A stretch of 64,000 nt of DNA from Candidatus Spongiisociaceae bacterium (GTDB lineage: Bacteria; Actinomycetota; Acidimicrobiia; Spongiisociales; Spongiisociaceae). The stretch covers positions 576,001 through 640,000 of the forward strand of contig OZ241841.1 of the NCBI GenBank assembly GCA_965202665.1, in the 5' to 3' direction. The position numbers were made by a program, and so were the translations under genes. Shown here piece by piece: positions 28,301 through 37,117 of the stretch. Position 1 is the first letter of the stretch, and every line of letters starts with the position of its first letter. The notes beneath the pieces are model-generated. The model was not told the DNA's origin, did not search any database, and saw nothing but the letters and a program-made list of their open reading frames with translations.

Positions 28301-30082
28301 TGGATTGACACTTGGGAGGATTTCCTGGTGGAAGGGAATGAAACGATCCGGTTCACTGCGGAGACGCCGGCCGGGTATCAGACCATCCCGGCGACGGAAC
28401 TGGTGGTGATCGACGAAGAAACCGATATCAGCCTGTTCGTGAGCCCGGTGACGGTGGTGGAGGGAACGAGTGAGACGGTGACTGTGACCGCCCAATTCTT
28501 CGGGGCGTCGTCGGTGCTGACCTCCGACACGGATGTGACGGTTACGGTGGCTTCGGGCGACGGTCCCAACGGGGCGACTTTAGGATCGTCCGGTGATTTC
28601 ACCACCGACGCGAAAGGGAATCAGTTTACGGTTACCATCCCGGCGGGGAGGATAGGCGGCAGTGCTGCGTTCACGCTGACCGCGGTCGCCGACGCCGTCG
28701 ATGAGAGATTCGAGCAGGGGAAGCTGACTGGAACCGCTTCGGTGGTCGGTTCGGCGGTCGCCGTTGTAAATGAGAACCTCGAGCAAGGAGAGCGGACCGG
28801 GTCGGTTTCAGTGGGCGGTTCGGCGGTAACCGTGTTAGGGAGGGGAATAGGAATCGTAGACGCCCGCTTCGGCGTGGGTTTGACCGTGGACGCCGACACG
28901 GACACGCCGGGGATACAATCCTCGCTGAACGAGGACGCCGGTGAGGTGACTGCTCGGGTTACCGCTTCCCTGGCATCGGGGACCGCGCCGTCCGGGGGTC
29001 TGACGATCGGGATGAGCGTGTGGGGCGTCGGCGCCACAGGGAGGCTGAATGAGAGAGGCGGCGGCAGCCCTCGTGTATATGAAGGGCCTTCTTCTTTTGA
29101 AGCGTGGGATGATTATTGGATTATCTACCCGTCGGGTCAGTCGCCGCCGCCGCCGTTCGGTCACTACCTGGCAATCCGGATCCCCGAGGGCAAGAGTTCC
29201 GGGTCGGCTGAGCTGACCGTGGTGATGAACGACGACCAGGTGGCCGAAGGCGAGGAAGGGTTGCTGTTCGTGGGCGGTGACGTTACCGCCGGAGGCAACA
29301 CCTACAAGACGGTCGCCGCGCAGGTGAGACTCATCGACAACGACGGCAACCCCCCCGCGCCCAACGTCGGCGCACCCCCGGTCACCAACAACGGCAACGG
29401 CGGCGCGCCCCCGGTCACCAACGGCAACGGCGGTACGCCCCCGGTCACCAACAGCGACGGCGGTACGCCCCCGCCCGACGCCGACGGCGCCCCCGAATCC
29501 CCGGCCTCGGCGTGCGTCGGACGGTTCTGCGACGAAGACGACAGCGTCCACCAAGCCAACACCGAACGCATCGCCCAATGGCGGATCACCCTCGGATGCA
29601 GCGCCGCCGACCCCACCCTGTTCTGCCCGGGCGCCGACATCACCCGACGGCAGATGGCCGCCTTCTTGTACCGGGCGGTGTCGCAACGCTGGACCATCCA
29701 GGCCCCCGCCCGGGCGGAGCTGTCCGACGTAGCCGACGACGCCTGGTTCCGCACCTACGCCGACTGGGTGATCTCGGTAGACGCCTTCGCCGCCCCCGGA
29801 GGCGTGTTCAACCCGGGCGGGGTGGTAACCCGGGCGGATATGGCCGTCATGATGATCGCCGCGTTCCCCCACCTGGAAGCAGTCGCCGAACCAGAAGGCC
29901 TCTTCCAGGACGTCCAGGACGCCGACCCCGCAGTAGCACGGGCAATCGAGGGCTTGTACAGGGCGGGCGTTACCCGAGGGTGCTCCACCGGACCGCTCAA
30001 CTACTGCCCCGACCAGCCCGTAACCCGGGCGCAGATGGCGTCTTACTTCGTCAGAGCCATCGACCGAGCCCCCGCCGCCTGA
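25370..30082 (+). CDS. Large secreted surface protein with three ~410-430 aa repeats (Calx-beta/Ig-like) and a C-terminal SLH-like anchor
   Basis: GAGGAG RBS + GTG, signal-peptide-like N-terminus, repeated DxLVEGDETIRFT and DDQVAEDEETL motifs, GRFCDED...ITRRQMAAFLYRA...VTRAQMASYFVRA. Confidence 0.85.
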   Translation: MRRGTKGGAAARVGLAAVLAAAMLAPEGLGEAAAQTTPAALPAITLSVTELSDTYGEDPRWTPATSIAEVGRGWVRVVATASAAVAEQVSLSVTVGGAGSTAGKGPRSRSLARAQKADYHTSADSVTVTIAAGETSGSSGDIVITTREDNLVEGDETIRFTAEAPAGYPTIPAAELVLLDEDDDIQLLVSPETVVEGTAETVTVTAGFRSGRSSALTSDTDVTVTVASGDGPNGATLGSSGDFTTDAKGNQVTVTIPAGKVGGNATFTLTASSDDADEGVEKGNLTGTASVGGSAVTVSGNSIGIVDPSLGVGLTVDADADTPGIQSSLGEDAGKVTVRVTASLASGTAPSGGLTIGISAWGVHPARGRLNERGGRSRVYKGPSSFRAGDDYWVIYPSDQSPRPPRGDYLAIRIPQGKSSGSADITVAMNDDQVAEDEETLLFTGGDVSAGGNTYRIVAARVSLIDNDGNDPTPDAESIGVKPSIVLSFTNGQSAVASVDERAGRQQVRVVATASAAVTEQVSLSVAVGGAGSTAGKGRGKGYDYVTSADSATVTIAAGETSGSSGDIFITPGDDYLVEGDETIRFTAEAPAGYQAIPAAELVLLDEDDDIGLRVSPTTVAEGTSETVTVTTRFFGASSELTSDTDVTVTVASGDGPNAATLGSSGDFTTDAKGNQFTVTIPAGKVGGNATFTLTAAADNADENVEKGKLTGTASVGGSAVTVEGTRIRIVDPSLSVKLTVDADADAPGIQSSLGEDAGEVTVRVTASLASGTAPSGGLTIGVKAFGVGANQRLKGYKGPSSFRAGDDIWIIFPSGQSPPPPRGYDLAIRIPQGKSSGSADMTVVMHDDQVAEDEETLRFEGRDVAAGGNIYRIVAAQVRLIDNDGNDPPPAAESIGVKPSIVLSLTNTSIEEAAGGRVRVVATASAAVAEQVSVSVTVGGAGSTAGKGSRADYRTTADSVTVTIAAGETSGSSGNIWIDTWEDFLVEGNETIRFTAETPAGYQTIPATELVVIDEETDISLFVSPVTVVEGTSETVTVTAQFFGASSVLTSDTDVTVTVASGDGPNGATLGSSGDFTTDAKGNQFTVTIPAGRIGGSAAFTLTAVADAVDERFEQGKLTGTASVVGSAVAVVNENLEQGERTGSVSVGGSAVTVLGRGIGIVDARFGVGLTVDADTDTPGIQSSLNEDAGEVTARVTASLASGTAPSGGLTIGMSVWGVGATGRLNERGGGSPRVYEGPSSFEAWDDYWIIYPSGQSPPPPFGHYLAIRIPEGKSSGSAELTVVMNDDQVAEGEEGLLFVGGDVTAGGNTYKTVAAQVRLIDNDGNPPAPNVGAPPVTNNGNGGAPPVTNGNGGTPPVTNSDGGTPPPDADGAPESPASACVGRFCDEDDSVHQANTERIAQWRITLGCSAADPTLFCPGADITRRQMAAFLYRAVSQRWTIQAPARAELSDVADDAWFRTYADWVISVDAFAAPGGVFNPGGVVTRADMAVMMIAAFPHLEAVAEPEGLFQDVQDADPAVARAIEGLYRAGVTRGCSTGPLNYCPDQPVTRAQMASYFVRAIDRAPAA
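29369..29472 (+). repeat. ~30-bp coding minisatellite (GxPPVTNxxG) in the surface-protein linker
   Basis: CCCCCGGTCACCAAC repeated three times plus a partial unit. Confidence 0.8.
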
Positions 30083-30111
30083 CCCGAACCCCGTCGACTC
30101 AGGCGTTTTGC

Positions 30112-31523
30112 GGCTCTTCGCGTTTGAGGGGGGAGTAGGGGGTTAGGGGGTTGCGCTGGTTTTGGGGTGGGGTCCTCCATAATCGGAGTTGTAAACACAT
30201 TCCGAGGGTTAGGAGGACCCCTGTGGCGGCTGATTGTACGCGGGTGAGTAGGGTTTTGGCGGGGGTTGGTGGGTGTTGAGGTGGTGGGGGCGGAGGAGAC
30301 GGCCGGGGGGCTGGTGGTGGGGGTGCGGTTGGTGGGGAGGCCGCGGTGCGGGGGGTGTGGGGGCGGGGTGTTGAGTAAGGGTTTGAGGAGGGCGCGGTTG
30401 GTGGATCAGGCCTGTTTCGGCCGGTCGGTGATTTTGGAGTGGTCCAAACGCCGGTGGCGGTGTCCTGATGCGGGGTGCGGGGTGGGGTCGTTTACGGAGC
30501 AGGACCCGCGGATAGCCCCGGTGCGGGCCCTGTTGACCACGCGGGCGGCTAGGTGGGCGACGCAGCAGGTAGGCCGGGGGCGGACGGTGGTGGATGTGGC
30601 GGAGGAGCTGGGTTGCTCGTGGCATACGGTGTCCAAGGAGGTGAACCGGTGGGGGGAAGCCCTGCTGGAAGCCGACCAGGATAGGGTGGGGATAGTGGAG
30701 GCTTTAGGGTTGGACGAGACCCTGTTCCTCCGCCAGGGCCCTTGGCGACGGAGGATGTGGATAACCGCGGCGGTGGACATCCGCAACCGTCGGCTGATCG
30801 ACGTTTTCCCAGGTAAAGACGCTAAAGGAGCCGTCCGCTGGCTGCTGGACCAGCCGGCCTGGTGGCGGGAGAAAATACGATGGGCCACCCTGGATCTGTC
30901 CGGAGCTTACCGGGCCGCCTATAACCAGGCGCTGCCCAACGCCGTTCAGATCGCCGACCCGTTCCACGTCGTCCGACTGGCCAACCTGTGCCTGGACCGG
31001 GTGCGCCGCCGCGTGCAAGAAGAAACCCTCGGACACCGCGGACGGAAAGACGACGACCTCTACCGGATACGCAAACTCCTCACCCTCGCCCGCGAACGGC
31101 TCGACCCCCGCAGCGAACAAAAACTGACCGGCCTCCTCCAAGCAGGCGACCCCCGCGGGGAAGTCCAGGCCGCTTGGCACGCTAAAGAAACCGTTCGGGG
31201 AATCTACCAAACCAGCCATCCAGGCGAAGGCGACGAATACAACCGTCTGCTCGCCGCAGAACTCCAAGACCAATCCTGCTCCCCCGAACTCAACCAACTC
31301 GGACGCACCCTCCGCACCTGGCATTCCCAGATCGTGGCCTGGCATCACGCCCGCGTGAGCAACGGGCCTACCGAATCAGCCAACAACCTCATCAAACGCG
31401 TCAAACGCGTCGCCTTCGGATTCCGCAACTTCCGCAACTACCGAACCCGCATCCTCCTCTACGCAGGAAAACCCAACTGGAACCTACTCCACACCCTCAC
31501 TCCCCCCTAAAACGCGAAGAGCC
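30112..31523 (+). mobile_element. ISL3-family insertion sequence
   Basis: Terminal IRs GGCTCTTCGCGTTTGAGGGGGGAGT (30112-30136) and ACTCCCCCCTAAAACGCGAAGAGCC (31499-31523); 8-bp target duplication CGTTTTGC at 30104-30111 and 31524-31531. Confidence 0.93.
30223..31510 (+). CDS. ISL3 transposase (extra base in G5 at 30261-30265 relative to the RBS-linked GTG start)
   Basis: LGLDE, ATLDLSGAY, IADPFHVV, SNGPTESANNLIKRVKRVAFGFRNF; AGGAGG precedes GTG 30223, whose frame joins the main ORF only if one G is removed. Confidence 0.88.
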
Positions 31524-32409
31524 CGTTTTGCTGGGGATGATAGGGTTTGATCGTGATGTGGCGGATGTGGTGTTGGGCGAGCAGGGAAGCGAATAGGCGG
31601 CTGTGGGGGTAGTTGCGGTGGTTGTCGGTCATGATCTCCGCTATGTGGGTGGTGTCTAGTTGGTGGAAGTGGTTGAGGGCGCGGGCGGTGAACGCGGCGA
31701 CGGTGGTTCCCTTCTCGTCTGATAGCGTTTCGGAGTAGGCGAGGCGGGTGTAGTCATCCATGACGGAGTGCGCAAAAGTCCATCCCGCTCCTCCGGCGGG
31801 GGCGTTGCCCCGGCCGTGTACTCTCCATCCCCCGCCGGGGGGTATGGAAGAAAGCTTCTTAACATCCATATGCAGCAACTCACCAGGCCGTTCCCGTTCA
31901 TACCGCACCACCGGCCCGGGAGGGGACTTGAGCGGCTCGCCGGTCAGCAGGTCGCATTCCCACAGACGCAACATCCCGCGGCGGCGGAGGATACGGCTGA
32001 TCGTCCGCTCCGGCACCCCCGCAAACACCGACAACCGAGCCGGCCCCGCCCGCAACAGCCGCCGCGCCCGCAGCACCAGCTCTTCCACCTCCGGGCTGGT
32101 ACGCATAGGGGAACAACGCGGCCGCGACGACCCGTCTTCCAAACCGGCCTCGCCTTCCTCCCGGTAACGGCGCACCCACTTGGACACGCACTGCCGGGAC
32201 AGGCCCACACCGCCGAGCCACCCGCGCCACCGGCTCGCCCTCTCTTACCAGCAACACCATCCCCAAACGTCCCAAAGGCGACGACCTCGCGTTACCATGC
32301 ATCCCTGAAGACCTCCTCCCGTGCTATAGGGTGCTTTCACTCCCCATAACACCAGGAGGTCTTCACCTATGCAACAACCAAACCGTCACCAACGTCCTGG
32401 CCAAGTACA
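31524..32409 (-). mobile_element. IS481-family element remnant (frameshifted, 3'-truncated transposase starting at 32302)
   Basis: MHGNAR start, frameshift near 32205, KWVRRYREEG, PGELLHMDVKKL, DDYTRLAY, IMTDN, KPYHPQQN; left end starts TGT at 32409. Confidence 0.85.
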
Positions 32410-32427
32410 CCTAGAGTAGGAAACCGC

Positions 32428-32659
32428 CTGAGATTTTGCAGGATCAGATGGGGATGACTTCCCATCAGGCCGAATATCTCGCCAAAGTGTCGGAAAAGTT
32501 GGCAGAGATGCCCAACACGCGGGCCAAGCTGTCGGCGGGGGCATCACACTGGAACACGTTTCCTCTTTTCCGATTCCGGATGGGTTTCGCAAGAACGGCC
32601 GGGACCGCCGTCGCCCCGAACCAGTAAACCTCCCGCCCGGGCCGGACCCTCCGGCGCGT
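32428..32659 (+). pseudogene. Internally deleted second copy of the DUF222/HNH gene
   Basis: Matches 24154-24295, then 24368-24403, then 25161-25217 (QDQMGMTSHQA..LAEMPNTRAKL). Confidence 0.85.
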
Positions 32660-32670
32660 AACATCGGATT

Positions 32671-34995
32671 ATGGAACCCCGAGAACCCCGATGGCCGGGC
32701 GGCGGTCATGACAATGTAGACAATGTACTGGTGTTGTCCGATGCGGCTCACCGGTTGGAGGCCCGGCTGGTCCGGGAGTGGGCGGCCCGGGCCAAACCGG
32801 ACGGCGTCGCCGTCGACATAACTTTTATACCGTCCGCCCGGCGGAGGAGACCTTCCCGGCGGGTGATGCGCCGTCTGTCCGCCCGGTTGGACCGCCCCGG
32901 CGACCCCCTGCTGGTTCCGGCGCGGGTGGTGTGGACGCCGCCCGTCCAGCGCGGCGCGCGCGCCCTCGGCTGGCGCAACTTTCTCACGTTGCGCGACCCC
33001 CGTTATCCGGGCCCGATTGCCGGACGGCTCATCCTGGCCCGCCGCCCGCACCGGATGCGGATCGCGCTCGGAGAACCCGCCCCTCTGTCGGAACTGCGCC
33101 GGGACTGGTCATCGGAAGGAAAGAAAGAACCGCTTGCCCGGTTCGTCGCCCGCCGCGCTCTGCTCGCCTTGGGACGGGCCGAACGGGAAATCCGGGGGGC
33201 CCGCTACAAGGTCCCCCGCCTGGTCAAACAGGACATTCTGACCGACGCCGCCTTCCAAAAAGGCTTAGCCGACGCCGCCCGCCAAGCCGGCCTCTCCCCC
33301 GGCGCGGCCCAGAACCGGGCCCGCCGTTACCTGAAAGAAATCGCCGCCTCCCACTCCCCTTTCGTGATCGACCTGGTGGCGGCCGCCACCCGCCTGCTGT
33401 ACCGGCAGGGCTACGAAGCCATCAACTACGACCCGGCGGAACTGGAACGGGTGGCGCAGCTGGCCGCCCGCTATCCGGTGGCGTTCCTGCCCTCCCATCG
33501 TTCCAACATGGACCGGCTGTCCCTGCAGTACCTGCTGTGGGAAAACAATCACCCGCCCAACCACACCGCGGGCGGCATCAACATGAACTTCTTCCCGGCC
33601 GGGCCCGTCATCCGCCGGGCGGGGGTGTTTTTCATCCGCCGCACCTTCCGGGACAACCCGGTCTACAAATACGTGTTGCGCTCCTATCTGCACTACCTGT
33701 TGGAAAAACGCTTCTCCCTGGAATGGTACATAGAAGGCGGGCGCAGCCGAACCGGGAAAATGCTCGCCCCCCGCTACGGCCTGCTCGGATACGCGGCCGA
33801 AGCCGTCGCCGCCGGGAAAGCCGAAGACGTATACCTGATCCCCACCGCCATCGGCTACGACCAGATTTTTGAAGCGGGGGCCTACGCCGCCGAACAGCAG
33901 GGAATGGCCAAGCAAAAAGAAAACCTGGCCTGGATGGCGGCCAGCGTCAGGCGGTTGCGCAAACGGCACGGAGCCATCCATCTCCGATTCGGGGAGCCCC
34001 TGTCCCTGCGCGGGGCCCTCGGCCGTCCCGTCCCCGCCGCCGGCCGGGCGAGGAACCTGGCCGTCCAAAAAACGGCTTTCGAAGTGTGCGTGCGCATCAA
34101 CCGGGTTACGCCCGTCACGCCAGCTTCTTTGGTTACCGGAACGCTTCTGACCGCCGGGGCCGACGGCCTGCCCAGTTCGGAACTTACCGCCGCCCTGGCC
34201 GAACTGGCGGAAGACGCCGCCGCCCGCAACTTGCCCGTCACCGAACCGTTGGCCGTCCTGCTCACCGACCGGGGACTGGAACGGATCTTGGAAATCCTCT
34301 CCGAACACGGCCTCGCCGAAACCGTCCGCCGCCCGCCGGACAACCGCCCCGTCCACCGCATCGCCCCCGGCAAACATTTGGCCGCCGCTTACTACCGCAA
34401 CGGCGTCGTCCACTTCTTCCTGGCCCGGGCGGCGGCCGAACTGGGGCTGGCGGCGGCGGCGGACCCCCCGGCCGGTTCCGACCCGCCCGCCGTGTTCCTA
34501 GAGCAGGTGGAACGTTTGCGGGACCTCCTCAAATTCGACTTTTTCTTCCCGGCCCGGCCCGTCTTCCGCCGGGAAGCGGCCAGCGAAGTCGCCCGCCGGG
34601 ATAAAAACTGGGAGAACCGTCTGGCCGACGGCGAAGCCGGAAACCTGCTGGCGGAACTGGCCCCCCACCGCGCCCCTTGGGCGTTGCGCTCCTTCCTGGA
34701 GGCCTATCTGATCACCGCCCGGGAACTGAACGAGCAGCCCATCGGCCAACCTTGGACGGAAAAAGATTTCCTGGCCTCCGCCCTGCGCCGGGGCGAAAGC
34801 GCCCTGGCCGACGGAACCATCGCCGACCCCGCCGCCCTGTCCCAGCACCTTTTTCGGACCGCCCTGCAACTGGCCGGCCACCGCCGCCTGCTCCATCCCG
34901 AATCGCCCGACCGCCGCCGGGAATGGATGGGGGAAATGGAGCAGCTGACCGGCCTGTTGAACCGTCTCGCCGTCAAACCGCCGCCGGTGGAATAA
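32671..34995 (+). CDS. plsB: Glycerol-3-phosphate O-acyltransferase
   Basis: FLPSHRSNMD (HxxxxD), FFIRRTF, WYIEGGRSRTGK. Confidence 0.9.
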   Translation: MEPREPRWPGGGHDNVDNVLVLSDAAHRLEARLVREWAARAKPDGVAVDITFIPSARRRRPSRRVMRRLSARLDRPGDPLLVPARVVWTPPVQRGARALGWRNFLTLRDPRYPGPIAGRLILARRPHRMRIALGEPAPLSELRRDWSSEGKKEPLARFVARRALLALGRAEREIRGARYKVPRLVKQDILTDAAFQKGLADAARQAGLSPGAAQNRARRYLKEIAASHSPFVIDLVAAATRLLYRQGYEAINYDPAELERVAQLAARYPVAFLPSHRSNMDRLSLQYLLWENNHPPNHTAGGINMNFFPAGPVIRRAGVFFIRRTFRDNPVYKYVLRSYLHYLLEKRFSLEWYIEGGRSRTGKMLAPRYGLLGYAAEAVAAGKAEDVYLIPTAIGYDQIFEAGAYAAEQQGMAKQKENLAWMAASVRRLRKRHGAIHLRFGEPLSLRGALGRPVPAAGRARNLAVQKTAFEVCVRINRVTPVTPASLVTGTLLTAGADGLPSSELTAALAELAEDAAARNLPVTEPLAVLLTDRGLERILEILSEHGLAETVRRPPDNRPVHRIAPGKHLAAAYYRNGVVHFFLARAAAELGLAAAADPPAGSDPPAVFLEQVERLRDLLKFDFFFPARPVFRREAASEVARRDKNWENRLADGEAGNLLAELAPHRAPWALRSFLEAYLITARELNEQPIGQPWTEKDFLASALRRGESALADGTIADPAALSQHLFRTALQLAGHRRLLHPESPDRRREWMGEMEQLTGLLNRLAVKPPPVE

Positions 34996-35007
34996 TATGA
35001 TTGGAAA

Positions 35008-36021
35008 ATGACCCACGCCCGAACCTTGGAAGCAAACAACGACCGGCTGAACGGGGAACTGTCCCTGTCCGGCCAGGAACGGCGCAACCTGCTCTACTGG
35101 ATGCGCCTCACCCGCACCTTGGACGACCAGTTGGTCGCCCTGTGGAAGCAGGGGCGGGGGGTGGGCGGGACTTTCAACCAGAAAGGCCACGAGGCGATCA
35201 GCGTCGGAACCGGCGCCGCCCTGCATCCCGCCGACGTGGTGGCCCCCATCCACCGCGACCTGGGCTGCTATCTGATCCGGGGAATGACCCCCCGGCGCAT
35301 CGTCGCCAACCAGTTGGGACGGGCCACCGGGGTTACGCAGGGCCGCGACGCCAACCTGCACGGCTGCGGCGACCTGGCCTTGGGCATAATCGGTTTTGTC
35401 AGCCACATCCCGCAGTCGGTTTCCACCGCCCTGGGAGCGGCCATGTCTTTCACCTACCGGGGCGAGAAACGGGCGGCCATGACCTACCTGGGGGACGGGG
35501 GCACCACCACCGGGGTGTTCCACGAAGTGTTGAACATGGCGGCGGTGACGGCCGCCCCGCTGGTGGTGGTGGTGGAAAACAACCAGTACGCCTATTCCAC
35601 TCCCCTGCGCCAGTCCATGGCGGGCGACAACATAGCCGCCCGCAGCGAAGCCCTGGGGGTGCCCGCCCAAGTGGCGGACGGCAACGATCTGGAAGAGGTT
35701 TACCGGTGCGCGGTCATCGCCTTGGACCGGGCCCGCGCCGGGGGCGGCCCGTCCCTGATCGAAGCCAAAACGATGCGCATGCTGGGCCACGCCATACACG
35801 ACGGAGCCGAATACGTGCCCCCGGAGTTGCTGGCCGAATGGGAGGCCAAAGACCCCATCGCCCGCTACGAGCGGAAACTGCTGGAAGCGGGGATTGCGGA
35901 CCGGGCCTACCTGGAGGCGGTGGCGCGCAACTGCCGGGAAGTGGCCGACGACGCTATCCGATTCGCCGAAGCCAGCGACTGGCCCGACCCGGCAACCGTG
36001 CAACAAGGGGTGTTCGCGTGA
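35008..36021 (+). CDS. TPP-dependent 2-oxoacid dehydrogenase E1 alpha subunit
   Basis: GHEA, GDGGT...ENNQYAYST TPP motif, RMLGHAIHD. Confidence 0.9.
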   Translation: MTHARTLEANNDRLNGELSLSGQERRNLLYWMRLTRTLDDQLVALWKQGRGVGGTFNQKGHEAISVGTGAALHPADVVAPIHRDLGCYLIRGMTPRRIVANQLGRATGVTQGRDANLHGCGDLALGIIGFVSHIPQSVSTALGAAMSFTYRGEKRAAMTYLGDGGTTTGVFHEVLNMAAVTAAPLVVVVENNQYAYSTPLRQSMAGDNIAARSEALGVPAQVADGNDLEEVYRCAVIALDRARAGGGPSLIEAKTMRMLGHAIHDGAEYVPPELLAEWEAKDPIARYERKLLEAGIADRAYLEAVARNCREVADDAIRFAEASDWPDPATVQQGVFA

Positions 36022-37055
36022 GCGACCGGGACGGCAACTTCGGTTTCGCCGAATCGGACGTCCCCGCCGGGGGGACGGCGGGCGGGGAAATGACCTATCT
36101 GGAGGCGATCAGCGACGGGTTGCGCACCGAAATGCGCCGCGACCCGGACGTGTTCGTGATGGGCCAAGACATCGGAGGGGATTTTGGAGGGGCGTTCAAA
36201 ATCACCAAAGGCTTTGAGGGCGAATTCGGCCCCCGGCGGGTGATCAACACCCCCCTGTGCGAACAGACCTTCGTGGGGGCGGCCAACGGGATGGCCCTGA
36301 TGGGGTTGCGTCCGGTGGTGGAAATGCAGTTCGCCGATTTCATCTCCACCGGCTTCGACGCCATCGTCCACTACGCGGCCAGCAACTTTTACCGCTGGCG
36401 GGCGCCGATTCCCTGGGTGATCCGGGCCCCCAGCGACGGGGGAATACGCTCCGGGCCTTTCCACAGCGCCAACCCGGAAGCCTGGTTCGTGCACACCCCC
36501 GGCTTGAAAGTGGTCGCCCCCGCCACCCCGGCCGACGCCAAAGGCCTGCTGATTTCCGCCATCCGGGACGACAACCCGGTCATCTACTTCGAAGCCAAAA
36601 ACCTGTACCGGAGCATCCGGGGGCCGACGCCAGCCGGGGAATATGCGGTCCCGCTGGGTTCGGCCCGGGTGGCGCGGGAAGGGACGGAGGCGAGCGTGAT
36701 CGCCTACGGGGCGCAGGTGCATCAGGCCTTGGCGGCGGCCGGGGAACTGGAAGGAGAGGTTTCGGTGGAAGTGGTGGACCTGCGCACTTTGAAACCGCTG
36801 GATACGGAGACGGTTCTGGCCTCGGTGCGCAAAACGGGCCGGGCGTTGGTGGTGCATTCCGCCACCCGCTTGGCCGGGGTGGGAGCGGAAGTGGCGGCGC
36901 TCATCGCCGATGAAGCCTTCCATTTCTTGGACGCCCCGGTGGAACGGCTGGGCGGATTGGACGTCCCCGTCCCGTTCAGCCCGCCTTTGGAGGACGCCTA
37001 CCGCCCCGACGCGGCCAAAATCACCGCCGCCCTCCGCCGTTTGACCGCCTTCTGA
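36018..37055 (+). CDS. 2-oxoacid dehydrogenase E1 beta subunit
   Basis: MTYLEAI, NTPLCEQ, PVVEMQFADF, VVDLRTLKPLD; GTG overlaps the alpha stop (alternative ATG 36090). Confidence 0.9.
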   Translation: MSDRDGNFGFAESDVPAGGTAGGEMTYLEAISDGLRTEMRRDPDVFVMGQDIGGDFGGAFKITKGFEGEFGPRRVINTPLCEQTFVGAANGMALMGLRPVVEMQFADFISTGFDAIVHYAASNFYRWRAPIPWVIRAPSDGGIRSGPFHSANPEAWFVHTPGLKVVAPATPADAKGLLISAIRDDNPVIYFEAKNLYRSIRGPTPAGEYAVPLGSARVAREGTEASVIAYGAQVHQALAAAGELEGEVSVEVVDLRTLKPLDTETVLASVRKTGRALVVHSATRLAGVGAEVAALIADEAFHFLDAPVERLGGLDVPVPFSPPLEDAYRPDAAKITAALRRLTAF

Positions 37056-37117
37056 CCGCAGGCGCGCATCGCGCAACGCGCAACGCGCAGGAGCCGAAAG
37101 GAGAAACAGAAACACCC

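Noticed and set aside
25370-30082. Diversity-generating retroelement target
   Set aside because: No reverse transcriptase or template repeat; differences include indels and are not adenine-specific
35001-37055. 684-aa fused E1 protein in the ORF track
   Set aside because: The N-terminal half is an off-frame overlap of the alpha gene; the beta gene starts at about 36018
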